DNA of 64,000 bases from an uncultured Gammaproteobacteria bacterium. GTDB taxonomy: Bacteria > Pseudomonadota > Gammaproteobacteria > DRLM01. Shown piece after piece: positions 31,780 through 42,251 of the stretch. Both the position numbers and the translations under genes were made by a program. Below the pieces are notes generated by a model that was given only the letters and a program-made list of their open reading frames with translations, did not search any database and was not told where the DNA came from. The stretch lies in contig CAVSNY010000007.1 in assembly GCA_963729605.1 (NCBI GenBank), forward strand, positions 96,001 to 160,000, written 5' to 3'. Position 1 is the first letter of the stretch. Every line of letters starts with the position of its first letter.

Positions 31780-32430
31780 TCAACCGCGATTGCGGTAGAG
31801 GGTGTGCAGCCGCATCACTTTGTCGACGTAATTGGCCGTCTCAGGATAAGGCGGAATGCCGCCGTAACGCAGCACGGCGTTTTCGCCGGCGTTATAGGCG
31901 GCCAGCGCCAGGCGGACGTCGAATTGGAATTGTTCGAGCAAAAGACGCATGTAACGCACCCCGCCCATGACGTTCTGGGTGGGATCGAAGACATTGCTCA
32001 CGCCGAAGCGTTGCGCGGTGGCCGGCATCAGTTGCATCAGGCCCGAGGCCCCTTTGGGGGAAATGGCGCGGTCGTTGAAAGCCGACTCGGCCTGGATGAT
32101 GGCATGTACCAGGGCCTTGTCCACTTGGTAATCCGCCGCGGCGCGGGTCACGATGCTGTCGAGGTGAGCCGGCGGCTGCATGGCCCGCAGCGGCGCGCTA
32201 AGTTTGCGGCCCGGGCTGTACGACACTTTGGTGGCGCGCGAGCCGGCGGCACGGTATTTCTTCACCTCCACCAAGGTGTCGCGCCGGTCATGGCTGCGGA
32301 TGTTGGTGTAGTTGAGCACCCCGTTTTCATCGCGGTAGACGTAGATGTCCGACTGGGCCGGGGCCGGCCCGCTGGTGGCCGCCAAGGCCAGTCCGGCGAC
32401 AATGCAATGCAGGAGTTTGGCTGATCTCAT
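31780..32430 (-). CDS. SLT-domain lytic transglycosylase with DUF4124-like N-terminus
   Basis: Signal peptide, IYVYRDENG, AES, GLMQLMP and AAYNAG. Confidence 0.9.
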   Translation of the reverse strand: MRSAKLLHCIVAGLALAATSGPAPAQSDIYVYRDENGVLNYTNIRSHDRRDTLVEVKKYRAAGSRATKVSYSPGRKLSAPLRAMQPPAHLDSIVTRAAADYQVDKALVHAIIQAESAFNDRAISPKGASGLMQLMPATAQRFGVSNVFDPTQNVMGGVRYMRLLLEQFQFDVRLALAAYNAGENAVLRYGGIPPYPETANYVDKVMRLHTLYRNRG

Positions 32431-32620
32431 GGCATCGTTGTTCTGTTATTGGTACCCGTCTGTGATTCGGCGGAACCCGCAACCCTCGCATCCACCGCCC
32501 GTTCACATCGTGGTGGCCTGAACCACCCCTTATCCCCACCGATCCCGTGGGGCCTGCAAAGTATAGCGGGTAATTCAGGCCGTGGCTTGAACGGCCGGCT
32601 CGGGCCGCCGCTCGAACCGG

Positions 32621-33814
32621 TCAGTTTGGCAGCACCCGGCAGATCAAGGCCTTGAGGTATTCGGTCTCCACGACTGCCGGCAGAATGGGGTGGTCCGGCC
32701 CCTGCTGGCCTTGTTCGAGGATCACCAGATTGCGGTCGACGTGGCGGCTGGTCTGCTGCAAGACCTGGCGCAGATTGGCCGCCGACAGGTGATAAGAGCA
32801 AGAAGCCGAGATCAATATCCCGTCTTTCGCCAGCACCTGCATGGCCTGTTGGTTGAGCCGCTGATAGGCCGCCAGCCCGGCGTGAAAATCCTTTTTGCGT
32901 TTGATGAAGGCCGGCGGATCGAGGATCACCACGTCGAAACGTTCGCGCTCTTCGCGCAATTGCTTGAGCACCTCGAAGGCCTCGCCGTGGAGGGTGCTCA
33001 GCCGTCCTTCCACCCCATTCAACGCGGCGTTGCGGCTCACCCGCGCCAAGGCCTGTTCCGAACTGTCGACACATACCACCTGCCCAGCTCCCGCCGCCGC
33101 GGCCTGCACCCCCCAGCCGCCGATGTAGCTGAACACGTCCAGCACCCGCTTGCCGGCCACATACTGCTGCATGCGGGCGCGGTTCATGCGGTGATCGTAA
33201 AACCAGCCGGTCTTCTGGCCGCTGAGGATGGGCGCTACGAAGCGCACGCCGTTTTCTTCCAGCGCCACCTCGTCCGCCGGTTCGCCCCAGGCGGTTTCAA
33301 CGTAATTCTCCAAACCTTCCAGGGCGCGGCTCGAGCCGTCATTGCGAAAGACGATGCGGGCCGGCTGCAATACCTCCCGCAAGGCGATGACGATCTCGTC
33401 TTTGACGCGCTCCATGCCCGCGGTGTTGATCTGCGCCACCAGGGTGTCGCCGTAACGGTCCACCACCAGCCCGGGCAGGCCGTCGCCCTCGCCGAACACC
33501 AGCCGGTAATAGGGCTGGGCGAACAGCCGTTCGCGCAGCGCCAAGGCGATATTGAGGCGGTGCACCAGCAGCGATTTATTGAGCATGTATTTGACGTCGC
33601 GGCTCACCAGGCGGCCGCAGATCAGCGAATGGGGGTTCACGTATCCGCTGCCGAGTGTCTTGCCGGCGTGGTCTTGAAATTCCACCGACTGGCCCGCCGC
33701 GAAGACGGTGAGCGGCGTCGCGGCGATGTCCACCTCGTTGCTGAATACCCAGACATGGCCGGCGCGCAGGCGTTTGTCTTCATGCTGTTTTAAACGGAGG
33801 GGGGCGAGATCCAC
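32621..33814 (-). CDS. rlmI: RlmI-like 23S rRNA m5C1962 methyltransferase
   Basis: GHVWVFSNE PUA domain, GDGLPGLVVD, GQKTG, LDVFSY and LDPPAF; GTG start inferred. Confidence 0.85.
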   Translation of the reverse strand: MDLAPLRLKQHEDKRLRAGHVWVFSNEVDIAATPLTVFAAGQSVEFQDHAGKTLGSGYVNPHSLICGRLVSRDVKYMLNKSLLVHRLNIALALRERLFAQPYYRLVFGEGDGLPGLVVDRYGDTLVAQINTAGMERVKDEIVIALREVLQPARIVFRNDGSSRALEGLENYVETAWGEPADEVALEENGVRFVAPILSGQKTGWFYDHRMNRARMQQYVAGKRVLDVFSYIGGWGVQAAAAGAGQVVCVDSSEQALARVSRNAALNGVEGRLSTLHGEAFEVLKQLREERERFDVVILDPPAFIKRKKDFHAGLAAYQRLNQQAMQVLAKDGILISASCSYHLSAANLRQVLQQTSRHVDRNLVILEQGQQGPDHPILPAVVETEYLKALICRVLPN

Positions 33815-34051
33815 GGGGTGTCCTTCATGCGGCGGGTGGGGGGCAAGCTTAGTGAATTCCCGGCCGGCGGGCAACGCCGGCGGACGGCCTGTCTCGGCGC
33901 CGAACAAGTTTTTTCCGGTAAAAACGTAAAGCGCGTACCATGGAGCACTCTGCGCGTGATGGCGCTATCGCTACGGAGTGAGGCAATTCCGCTTTCGCCC
34001 CGATGATCCAGTGTCACGCCAGACCGAGTTCGACCCCGAGGCGGGTCCGCC

Positions 34052-34714
34052 ATGCCGGATTACCAAGTCAAATTCGCGACCCACGCCATCGGCCGGGTGG
34101 ATATTCAAATCCGCTCCTTGCTGGATAAGCAACAATACGCCGATCCGGCAGGGGTAGCGGAACGGCTGGGCATTTCGTCGGCGACCTGGCCCTTGTTCGG
34201 CGTGGTGTGGCCGGCGGGTTTGATCCTCGCCGAGATCATGAGCCGCTTCCCCATCGCGGGGAAACGCATTCTGGAAGTGGGTTGCGGCATCGCGGTGGCC
34301 AGCATCGTGATCCATCAGCAAGGCGGCGACATCACCGCAAGCGACATCCATCCCCTGGCCGGTCCGTTTCTAGTGAAGAACATCGCGCTCAATCATTTTC
34401 CGCCCATCAAATTTCAAGCCGGCAACTGGCTGACGGAAAATCCCCTGCTCGGCAAGTTCGATCTGATCATCGGCAGCGACGTCTTGTACGAACCCGCCCA
34501 CCCCGGTTTGTTGTCGCGCTTCATCGCCCGCCATTCCAGTGATGAAGTGGAAGTGATCATCGTCGATCCCGGCCGCGGCCTTCACGGCGGATTCACGCGA
34601 GAAATGGCCGCGCTGGGTTACGCCCATTCCTCCGCGAAGCCCGGCGCGCAAGCAACCAAAGGCGTGCCCTTCAAGGGACGAGTTTTGAATTATCAACGCA
34701 AGCTGGACGGCTGA
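34052..34714 (+). CDS. Class I SAM-dependent methyltransferase (Methyltransf_16/METTL21-like)
   Basis: FGVVWPAG, LEVGCG and IIGSDVLYE. Confidence 0.85.
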   Translation: MPDYQVKFATHAIGRVDIQIRSLLDKQQYADPAGVAERLGISSATWPLFGVVWPAGLILAEIMSRFPIAGKRILEVGCGIAVASIVIHQQGGDITASDIHPLAGPFLVKNIALNHFPPIKFQAGNWLTENPLLGKFDLIIGSDVLYEPAHPGLLSRFIARHSSDEVEVIIVDPGRGLHGGFTREMAALGYAHSSAKPGAQATKGVPFKGRVLNYQRKLDG

Positions 34715-34928
34715 GTTTCCGTTGCGAGAACGGTTGGGATTTTGCGCGCGCGGTTGGTGGACATCCGCGCGATGGAAGAAAAATTCAGTGCAATGGCGCG
34801 TTCCGATCCGCCGCGTCGCTGCTGTTAAATCCGCAATTGAATGATGGACGCACGGATTGCAATAATCCCGCCCCTCGCAAGGGGGAAGGAACGGTTCCAT
34901 TTTTTTGGTTGCCGGGTCAATACCGGTA

Positions 34929-36404
34929 TCAATAACTCTCCGGCCTCGGCCATGTGATCGCTCGATACTCGTGGCAATGGCGCGCATACAATGTGCGCAA
35001 GATTTTGCCGTCCGGGGTGACGGCGGGGACGGCTTGCAAGGGAGTGCAGCGGGCGAAGGCCTGCGTCAATTCCGGCGGCGCGTCGGGCGAGGTGCTGACC
35101 CACAGACCGTCGCGGCCGGCCTCGCGAGTTATGTCGGGCCACAAGTCGTGTTGATTGAAACGGCGCGTGCTGTTGCCCGCCACGTACACCGGCAACTCTT
35201 CCGGCCAATAAAAGGCCATTTCGGCGGCGAGTTTGTAGTTGGGCGTAAGAATGAATTCCACCGGCGGCGTTTGCGCGCTCAATGCGGCGACCGGCGCGCG
35301 CCAGGCCTTGGTGTCCTTGAAAGGGTCCTGGTGATTGTGTAAACCCAAGGCATAGGGAAAGTAGGCGGCGAACATCAAGGCTGAGGCCAACACGAAACCA
35401 GCCACCAACGCACGCCGTTTCCAACACGCCAGCACCGGGATGTAACCCGCGAACAGGATAAGCAAACCGATATAGCCGGCGGCCGGCCAATTCACTTGCA
35501 CCTTGGCGCCGAACGCCTTGAAGACGAAAAAGGCGATCCACGCCAGCGACAGTCCCCATAATAAACGCGGACCGCTGTCTTTAGGCGGTCGCCACAATAC
35601 CGTGAGCGCGATCACCACCACCAGCGGCGACAGCGCGACGGCCTGCCCCACCAGAAAAGACAGGACGCGCAGCACCGAGCCGTCGGTGCCGCCGACGTGG
35701 CCGGCTTCATGGCGCAACATCACCCAATCGTGGGCGGCGTTCCACGCCAATACCGGACTCATGATGACGAGCATGAGCAGCAGTCCGCCCCATAACTGCG
35801 GCGATTTCAGCTGCGCCCGCCAGCGCGGATGGAGCAACACCGCGATGCCCACCGCCGCGGGCAACAGACCGATGCTGAGTTTGGTGAGCGCGCCGAGGCC
35901 TACCGCCGCGCCCACTTCGAACCAGGCGCGCGGCCGCTCGAAAATCAGCGCGCGATAACTCGCCCACAGGCCCCAGGTCCAGCAGAGGAACAGCCAGATG
36001 TCGGTGGTCATCACCAGGCCGAGGGTGAAATACAGCGGCGTGAACAAGGTGAGCCACACCGCCCACCAGGCGGCGGCGCGGCTTTGCCACACGTCGCGGG
36101 CGAAGTGAAACACCACCGCCAGCAGCGCGCCGTGCGCCAGCCAGGCGGGCAGGCGCACTTGCCACTCGCCGTGGCCGAACACGGCTTCGGAAAGGGCGAT
36201 CAGCCACGCCACCAGCGGTCCCTTGGAGTAGTAACTCCAATCCAGCTGCCGCGACCACTCCCAATATTGGGCCTCGTCGTAATGCAGTTCGACGCCGGCG
36301 GCGCGGGTGAGAGCGGCCTTCGCCGCGACTAAACCCAGCGCCAGCGCCGCCAGCCACAGACCGTCGCGGTGGGTCGAGCGCGGCGTTATTCCGGGAGCTT
36401 CCAA
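34929..36404 (-). CDS. ArnT/PMT-like (GT-C) membrane glycosyltransferase
   Basis: DEAQYWEW, YYSKGP and LTKL motifs with many TM segments; TTG start with AAGGA RBS inferred. Confidence 0.85.
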   Translation of the reverse strand: MEAPGITPRSTHRDGLWLAALALGLVAAKAALTRAAGVELHYDEAQYWEWSRQLDWSYYSKGPLVAWLIALSEAVFGHGEWQVRLPAWLAHGALLAVVFHFARDVWQSRAAAWWAVWLTLFTPLYFTLGLVMTTDIWLFLCWTWGLWASYRALIFERPRAWFEVGAAVGLGALTKLSIGLLPAAVGIAVLLHPRWRAQLKSPQLWGGLLLMLVIMSPVLAWNAAHDWVMLRHEAGHVGGTDGSVLRVLSFLVGQAVALSPLVVVIALTVLWRPPKDSGPRLLWGLSLAWIAFFVFKAFGAKVQVNWPAAGYIGLLILFAGYIPVLACWKRRALVAGFVLASALMFAAYFPYALGLHNHQDPFKDTKAWRAPVAALSAQTPPVEFILTPNYKLAAEMAFYWPEELPVYVAGNSTRRFNQHDLWPDITREAGRDGLWVSTSPDAPPELTQAFARCTPLQAVPAVTPDGKILRTLYARHCHEYRAITWPRPESY

Positions 36405-37396
36405 TCCACGTCCTTGGGCCCGCCGTTGCCGTCGTCGCGCACTATATAAGAACGGGTATGGCTGGATTCGTAATAGGTACGCGCCATCATCTCGCTCAAC
36501 ACGCCGGTGGTGAGGAATTGCACGGCCATGAGCATCAGCAACACGCTGATCAGCAGCAGCGGCCGGGTGCCGATGTCTTCGCCCAAGAAGAGTTTGACGA
36601 AGGCGAGATAGCCGAGCCCCAACATACCCAGTCCGCCGAAGATCAGACCGATGCGGCCGAAGAAATGACCGGGCCGGCTGCGGAAACGCATGAAAAAATA
36701 CACCACCAGCAGATCGAGTATCACCCGGAAGGTACGGCCGATGCCGTATTTGGATTGTCCGTACTGGCGGGCATGATGATGTACCACTTCTTCCTTGATG
36801 CGGCGCGGCGAGGTGTTGGCCGCCATCCAGGCCGGGATGAAACGGTGCATCTCGCCGTAGAGACGGACGTTCTTGATGATGTTGGCGCGGAACACTTTGA
36901 GACTGCAACCGTAGTCATGCAGTTCGACTTGGGTGATCTGGCCGATCAGCCGGTTGGCGAGACGCGACGGGATCTTACGCAGCAAGGTGTCCTGCCGGTT
37001 CTTGCGCCAGCCCGCCACCAGATCCAAATCCTCTTCCAGCAGCCGTTTCACCAGACGCGGGATGTCGATGGGATCGTTTTGCAGGTCGCCGTCCAGGGTG
37101 GCGATCACGTCGCCGCGCGCGGCGTCGATGCCCGCCTGCATGGCGGCGGTCTGGCCGAAGTTGCGTTGTAAATCGACGAGGCGCACGTGGTTGCCCCATT
37201 GCTGGATGGCCAGCCGCATCTGCTGTTCGGTGGCGTCGCCGCTGCCGTCATTCACCAGCACCAGTTCCCAGGGATTGCGGTAATCGGCCAAGGCTTCGTG
37301 GACCTGCCCGACCAGCGGGGCCACATTGTCCTCTTCGTTATACATGGGCACCACCAGTGAAAGGCGGTGCGGCCGGCCGGTTTGTTCAATTTGCAT
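36386..37396 (-). CDS. GT2 polyprenol-phosphate glycosyltransferase (ArnC/GtrB-like)
   Basis: VVPMYNE, DGSGD, RNFGQT and DGDLQND, with two C-terminal TM helices. Confidence 0.9.
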   Translation of the reverse strand: MQIEQTGRPHRLSLVVPMYNEEDNVAPLVGQVHEALADYRNPWELVLVNDGSGDATEQQMRLAIQQWGNHVRLVDLQRNFGQTAAMQAGIDAARGDVIATLDGDLQNDPIDIPRLVKRLLEEDLDLVAGWRKNRQDTLLRKIPSRLANRLIGQITQVELHDYGCSLKVFRANIIKNVRLYGEMHRFIPAWMAANTSPRRIKEEVVHHHARQYGQSKYGIGRTFRVILDLLVVYFFMRFRSRPGHFFGRIGLIFGGLGMLGLGYLAFVKLFLGEDIGTRPLLLISVLLMLMAVQFLTTGVLSEMMARTYYESSHTRSYIVRDDGNGGPKDVDWKLPE

Positions 37397-37985
37397 ATCG
37401 ACACTTCCCTGGCGCGACTTTCGAACGGAGACGCCTTAAAAAAGGCAGATAATTTAATCCGAGCCACGCGCTCGCGTATCCCCAACAGCAACCCATCAAT
37501 GTCCCCGCCCCGATTTGGCTGGGATAATGTTTGCCCAAATAGACGCGCGACAGCGCTACCAGCGCGGCGAGGACGAACAACCAGGCGACGCGTCCGCCCA
37601 GCACCAGGCTGAGAAAGGTCGCGGTGGCGAAGGCGTTGAGCGCATGATTGGAAGGCATGCCGGTGAGGCCGCCGCCGCAGGCCATGCCGGGGGCATGATC
37701 CAGTTGGCGCACATGCTCGGCCAGCGCATAACAGGGCCGGGGTTCGGCGAATACCCCTTTAAGTAAATTGCCCATGAAATCCCCGGCGCCCACCACCAGG
37801 ATCAATACCAGCCAAAATTGAATTCCGATCTTGTGCCAGCGCCAGGCGAACAGCGCCAGCAACAGTAGCGCGAAGGGCAAGGCGAACCCGTCGCGGGACG
37901 ACAGCCAACTGAACAGGCCGTCCAATACCGGATGAGCCCAATCCTGATTGATCCATAACAACAGCACTTCATCCACGCCGTTCAT
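37386..37985 (-). CDS. PAP2 family lipid phosphatase
   Basis: KxxxxxxRP, PSNH and SRVYLGKHY motifs. Confidence 0.9.
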   Translation of the reverse strand: MNGVDEVLLLWINQDWAHPVLDGLFSWLSSRDGFALPFALLLLALFAWRWHKIGIQFWLVLILVVGAGDFMGNLLKGVFAEPRPCYALAEHVRQLDHAPGMACGGGLTGMPSNHALNAFATATFLSLVLGGRVAWLFVLAALVALSRVYLGKHYPSQIGAGTLMGCCWGYASAWLGLNYLPFLRRLRSKVAPGKCRYAN

Positions 37986-38889
37986 CCTTTATCAACACGC
38001 TGGCCGCGCCGCCCGCCAGCGTCGTGCCCAATAAAAACAAATGCAGATTCACCGCCGCCGCCAGCGCCGCCGCCGGCGTTACGCCGTAGGGTAACAAACC
38101 CGCCACCACGCCCGCTTCATAGGTGCCGGCGCCCGCGATGCCGTGCACCGGCAAGACGCTGGTGAGGTCGCCGGCGATGGCGCCCATCCAGGCCGCGGGC
38201 AAGGAAATGTCGATGAAAAAACCCAGCACCCAGGCGAAGGCCGCCAGCTTCACTATCCAATTGATCCAAGTCCAAGCCCAGGCCCGCCAAAAAGCGCCCT
38301 GCTCCGCCGGCAAGCCGGTGAGCAATTGGCCGAGCTGGCGCCGCCAGCCGCCGGCCTCCGGTTTATTCAGCGCCGCGCGCAGGCGCTGCGCGAAGCGGAA
38401 GGCCAGCAACGGCAACCACACCATCAGACCCGCCGCGAGAAAATAAGTCGCGCCGCCGAAAGGCTGAACGGCCAGGGCGATAATCACCAAGGTGTGCAGG
38501 TCGAGGGCGCGAAACCACAGCAGCGCCGGCACCGAGCGCCGCGCCGGTACGCTGAAATAACGCGACATCAGCACCGGAAAACTCAGTTCGCCGCTGCGCA
38601 TGGGCAGGAGGTTATTGAGCAGGTTGTGCTGGAGGGTGAGTTTGAGGCACAGCGCGAAGCCGCCGCGCATTTCGGCGCGGAAATAGTCGAACAACCGCAC
38701 CGTCCTCACCCCATAGCTGAGCGCTGCCAGCCCCGCCGCCAAGAGGATTTCCCACCACGGCAGTTGCCGCCAGGGTGCCAGCAAGGCGGCCCAGCCCAGA
38801 TAGTGCTCGATGAAGACCGCGAAACCGACCAGAATCACGGCGCCGAGCAAGGGCCGCCACAGCTGTTTCAATATCATTCCCGTCCGCAT
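37969..38889 (-). CDS. Lysylphosphatidylglycerol synthase TM / flippase-like membrane protein
   Basis: NNLLPMRSGE and AGAGTYEAG motifs; hydrophobic. Confidence 0.8.
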   Translation of the reverse strand: MRTGMILKQLWRPLLGAVILVGFAVFIEHYLGWAALLAPWRQLPWWEILLAAGLAALSYGVRTVRLFDYFRAEMRGGFALCLKLTLQHNLLNNLLPMRSGELSFPVLMSRYFSVPARRSVPALLWFRALDLHTLVIIALAVQPFGGATYFLAAGLMVWLPLLAFRFAQRLRAALNKPEAGGWRRQLGQLLTGLPAEQGAFWRAWAWTWINWIVKLAAFAWVLGFFIDISLPAAWMGAIAGDLTSVLPVHGIAGAGTYEAGVVAGLLPYGVTPAAALAAAVNLHLFLLGTTLAGGAASVLIKDERRG

Positions 38890-39186
38890 TGGAGATCGAT
38901 ATGGGTGATGGGGCCGAACTGGATAAAGGCATTTTTCCCGCCGCTCACCACCGGCGCCATGGTAGGGCTTGCGGCGGCCGGGGTAAACCGCAGGCGGCGG
39001 CGTCCGGCTTGTATTTTGCCGATTCAAACCGGGATAATACCACCCACATTAAACGCTGAGGCGCGACGCGGCGAAAATGGTCCGCGCCGGGCCGCCCTTT
39101 TCTATCAGCACGCCCGCCTACCGTCACGGCCGGCGATCTTTGCCGCGGGCAACAACGGTTCATCTCAACTTTAAGGAATCCGCATT

Positions 39187-40197
39187 ATGACAATGGGCAC
39201 GACCATTACCCAATTCATCATCGAAGAGCAGCGCCGCGTCCCCGGCGCTACCGGCGAGTTCACCCTCCTACTCAACGACATCGTGACCGCCACCAAAATC
39301 ATCGCCAACGACGTCAACAAGGGCGCGCTGGCGGGTGTGCTGGGCGGGGCCGGCACCGAGAACGTGCAGGGCGAGGATCAAAAGAAGCTGGACGTGATCT
39401 CCAACGACGTGATGATCCGCACCAGCGAGCGCTCCGGCCACCTGGCGGCGATGGCCTCCGAGGAAATGGAAGAAATCCTGCCGATTCCCCCCCAGTTCCC
39501 CAAAGGCAAATACCTGTTGTTGTTCGATCCCCTCGACGGCTCGTCCAACATCGACATCAACATTTCCGTGGGCACCATCTTCTCGATCCTAAAGGCGCCC
39601 GAAGGCAAAAAAGACGTCACCGCCGACGATTTCCTGCAACCCGGCACCCGTCAGGTGTGCGCCGGTTACGCCCTCTACGGGCCGTCCACCATGCTGGTGC
39701 TCACCACCGGCCACGGCGTCAGCGGCTTCACCCTCGACCGCAACGTGGGCGAGTATTACCTCACCCATCCCAATATGCAGGTCCCGGCCGACACCAAGGA
39801 ATTCGCCATCAACGCCTCCAACAGCCGCTTCTGGGAAGCGCCGGTACAGCGTTACATCAATGAATGCCTGGCCGGTAAGACGGGTGTGCGCGGCAAGGAT
39901 TTCAATATGCGCTGGGTGGCGTCGATGGTGGCGGAGGTGCACCGCATCCTCGTGCGCGGTGGCATCTTCATGTACCCCCGCGACAACAAAGACCCTTCCA
40001 AGGCCGGCAAGCTGCGCCTGATGTACGAAGCCAATCCGATGTCCTTCATCATCGAGCAGGCCGGCGGCGCCTCCTCCACCGGCCGCGAACGCATGCTCGA
40101 CGTCAAACCCAGCGGCCTGCATCAGCGCGTGCCGGTCATCCTCGGTTCCAAAAACGAGGTGGAGCGCGTGGTGTCCTATCACAAGGAAATCGATTAA
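39187..40197 (+). CDS. fbp: Class I fructose-1,6-bisphosphatase
   Basis: [16 protein letters not shown] and GKLRLMYE. Confidence 0.97.
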   Translation: MTMGTTITQFIIEEQRRVPGATGEFTLLLNDIVTATKIIANDVNKGALAGVLGGAGTENVQGEDQKKLDVISNDVMIRTSERSGHLAAMASEEMEEILPIPPQFPKGKYLLLFDPLDGSSNIDINISVGTIFSILKAPEGKKDVTADDFLQPGTRQVCAGYALYGPSTMLVLTTGHGVSGFTLDRNVGEYYLTHPNMQVPADTKEFAINASNSRFWEAPVQRYINECLAGKTGVRGKDFNMRWVASMVAEVHRILVRGGIFMYPRDNKDPSKAGKLRLMYEANPMSFIIEQAGGASSTGRERMLDVKPSGLHQRVPVILGSKNEVERVVSYHKEID

Positions 40198-40231
40198 CCT
40201 AGACGGCGTAACGCTAGATTTGGCCCTACCC

Positions 40232-40263
40232 ACCCCGGCTTTGAATAGAGGCCGGGGTTTTTT
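40232..40263 (+). terminator. Rho-independent terminator after fbp
   Basis: ACCCCGGC...GCCGGGGT stem followed by a T run. Confidence 0.8.
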
Positions 40264-40403
40264 ATTTTTCCATCCGCCACCCGAGAGGATGCACACCGTT
40301 CGTCGGTCTGGGTAAAGCCCGCCTTTATTTGTCCGATACTTGATAAAGGTTGATACGGACCGGCCGCCGCGGGCATCGATCCCGTCGCGGCAGCCCAAGG
40401 GAT

Positions 40404-42251
40404 ATGAGGATGGAATCAAGGCGTACCTCCCGGCTCGTGGTCATGGCGGCCGGCCTGTTTTGGTTTTTTGCATGGCCCGCCACCGGACTCGCCGCCACCG
40501 CCAGCGAGTCGGCGAACGATGTGCGGGTGCTGATCGACATCTCCGGCAGCATGAAGCGCAACGACCCGAATAATCTGCGGGCACCCGCCCTGCGTCTGCT
40601 CACCGGCCTGCTGCCCAACGGCGCCCGCGCCGGCGTGTGGATTTATGGCCGGCAAGTGAACATGCTGGTGCCGCACGGGACGGTGGACGCGCGATGGAAA
40701 GACCATGCGCAGCAGGCCGCCGCCAAGATCGGCTCCACGGGGTTGTTCACCAACATCGAGGACGCCTTGCTCAAGGCCGGTCAGGATTGGCAAAGCGCCG
40801 ATCCCGCCGCGCAGCGGAGTCTGATCATGCTCACCGACGGTTTGGTGGACATCTCGAAAGACCCGGCCCTCAACAGCGCCTCGCGCGATCGTATCGTCAA
40901 CGAAATCCTGCCCCGGTTGCGCGACGCCGGGGTCAAAATCCATACCATCGCCCTTTCCAAAGATGCGGATCACGCCCTGTTGCGGCAACTCGCCGCCGCC
41001 AGTGACGGCTGGTACGAAAATGTGGACAACGCCGACGATTTGCAGCGGGTGTTTCTGCGGATGTTCGAAAAGGCCACCAAGCCGGATACCCTGCCGATCA
41101 AGGACAACACCGTGCAGGTGGACGCCAGCATCGAGGAGATGACCTTGCTGGTATTCCGCGAGTCGGGAAAATCCATTGAATTGCTTACCCCCGCCGATAA
41201 AATCCACAGCGCCGCCGCGCCGCCCGCGTCCGCGCGCTGGTACAGCGATACCGGTTACGACCTCATCACCCTCAGCAAACCCGAGCCGGGCGCATGGCGG
41301 ATACGCGGCACCCAGGACAGCGACAACCGGGTGATGGTGGTCAGCAACTTAAAAGTACGCGCCACCGGCTTGCCCAATAATCTGAGCGTCGATGCCGCGC
41401 CTTATTATTTCGTGCAACTGACCCAGGACGGTACGGTAATCAACCAGCAAAAATTTCTCGAGCTGGTGAAAATCCGTTTGCTGCGGCAAGACCCGCAGGG
41501 GAAACAAACCGAGTCGCCGCTCTTGGATGACGGTCAGGCGCCGGACATCAGCGCGGGCGACGGCACCTTCAGTTATCGTTTCAGCAACCCCATGAACGAA
41601 GGCCGCCACGAACTGATCCTGCTGGTGGACGGCACCACGTTCAAACGCGAACAGCGCCAGGTGGTCAACGTCTATTCGCAGCCGGCCGCGGCCGGCGTCA
41701 GTCCACACCCGGCGGGCGGCGGACGTTATGTGTTGACGGTGATCCCGCACGCCGGTTTGATCGACACTCAGACCATGCAAGTCACCGCGGTCGTCACCGG
41801 TCCCGACGGCAACACCACTGAAACCGCCCTGGCCCAGAACGGCCCCGCGGAATGGCGGCGCGAGATCACCGTCGATGACGGCGCCGGCCGTTCCCGCGCC
41901 GAATTCACCGTGCAGGGCATGCGCCCCGACGGTAAACCCATCACCGAAAAACTCGACATGATCTCCTTCGGCGCCGACGGCGTGGAGGTCTTGCCGCCGC
42001 CCGCCGCACCCGTCGTGGAACCGGCGGCAGAACCCGCCGCCGAGGCGCCGCCGGCCGCCGAAACGGCCGCAGATAGTCATGCCGAGCCCGCCGCCGAAAC
42101 GCAGCCCGCCGAGCCTGTCGACTGGTTCGCGGTGGCCTGGCAAACCCTGTTGATCAACGCGGTGCTGATCGCGGTCGGCTTCTTCGCCTATAAGCGCTGG
42201 CGCCGGGCGCAGCGGCCGCCGGCGGTGTCTCTGGAGGCCACCGAACCATGA
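40404..42251 (+). CDS. Exported VWA-domain protein with C-terminal membrane anchor
   Basis: Signal peptide, MIDAS DISGSM, LTDG, LLDDG..D..AGDG motif, Pro/Ala/Glu linker, then TM helix plus basic tail. Confidence 0.85.
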   Translation: MRMESRRTSRLVVMAAGLFWFFAWPATGLAATASESANDVRVLIDISGSMKRNDPNNLRAPALRLLTGLLPNGARAGVWIYGRQVNMLVPHGTVDARWKDHAQQAAAKIGSTGLFTNIEDALLKAGQDWQSADPAAQRSLIMLTDGLVDISKDPALNSASRDRIVNEILPRLRDAGVKIHTIALSKDADHALLRQLAAASDGWYENVDNADDLQRVFLRMFEKATKPDTLPIKDNTVQVDASIEEMTLLVFRESGKSIELLTPADKIHSAAAPPASARWYSDTGYDLITLSKPEPGAWRIRGTQDSDNRVMVVSNLKVRATGLPNNLSVDAAPYYFVQLTQDGTVINQQKFLELVKIRLLRQDPQGKQTESPLLDDGQAPDISAGDGTFSYRFSNPMNEGRHELILLVDGTTFKREQRQVVNVYSQPAAAGVSPHPAGGGRYVLTVIPHAGLIDTQTMQVTAVVTGPDGNTTETALAQNGPAEWRREITVDDGAGRSRAEFTVQGMRPDGKPITEKLDMISFGADGVEVLPPPAAPVVEPAAEPAAEAPPAAETAADSHAEPAAETQPAEPVDWFAVAWQTLLINAVLIAVGFFAYKRWRRAQRPPAVSLEATEP

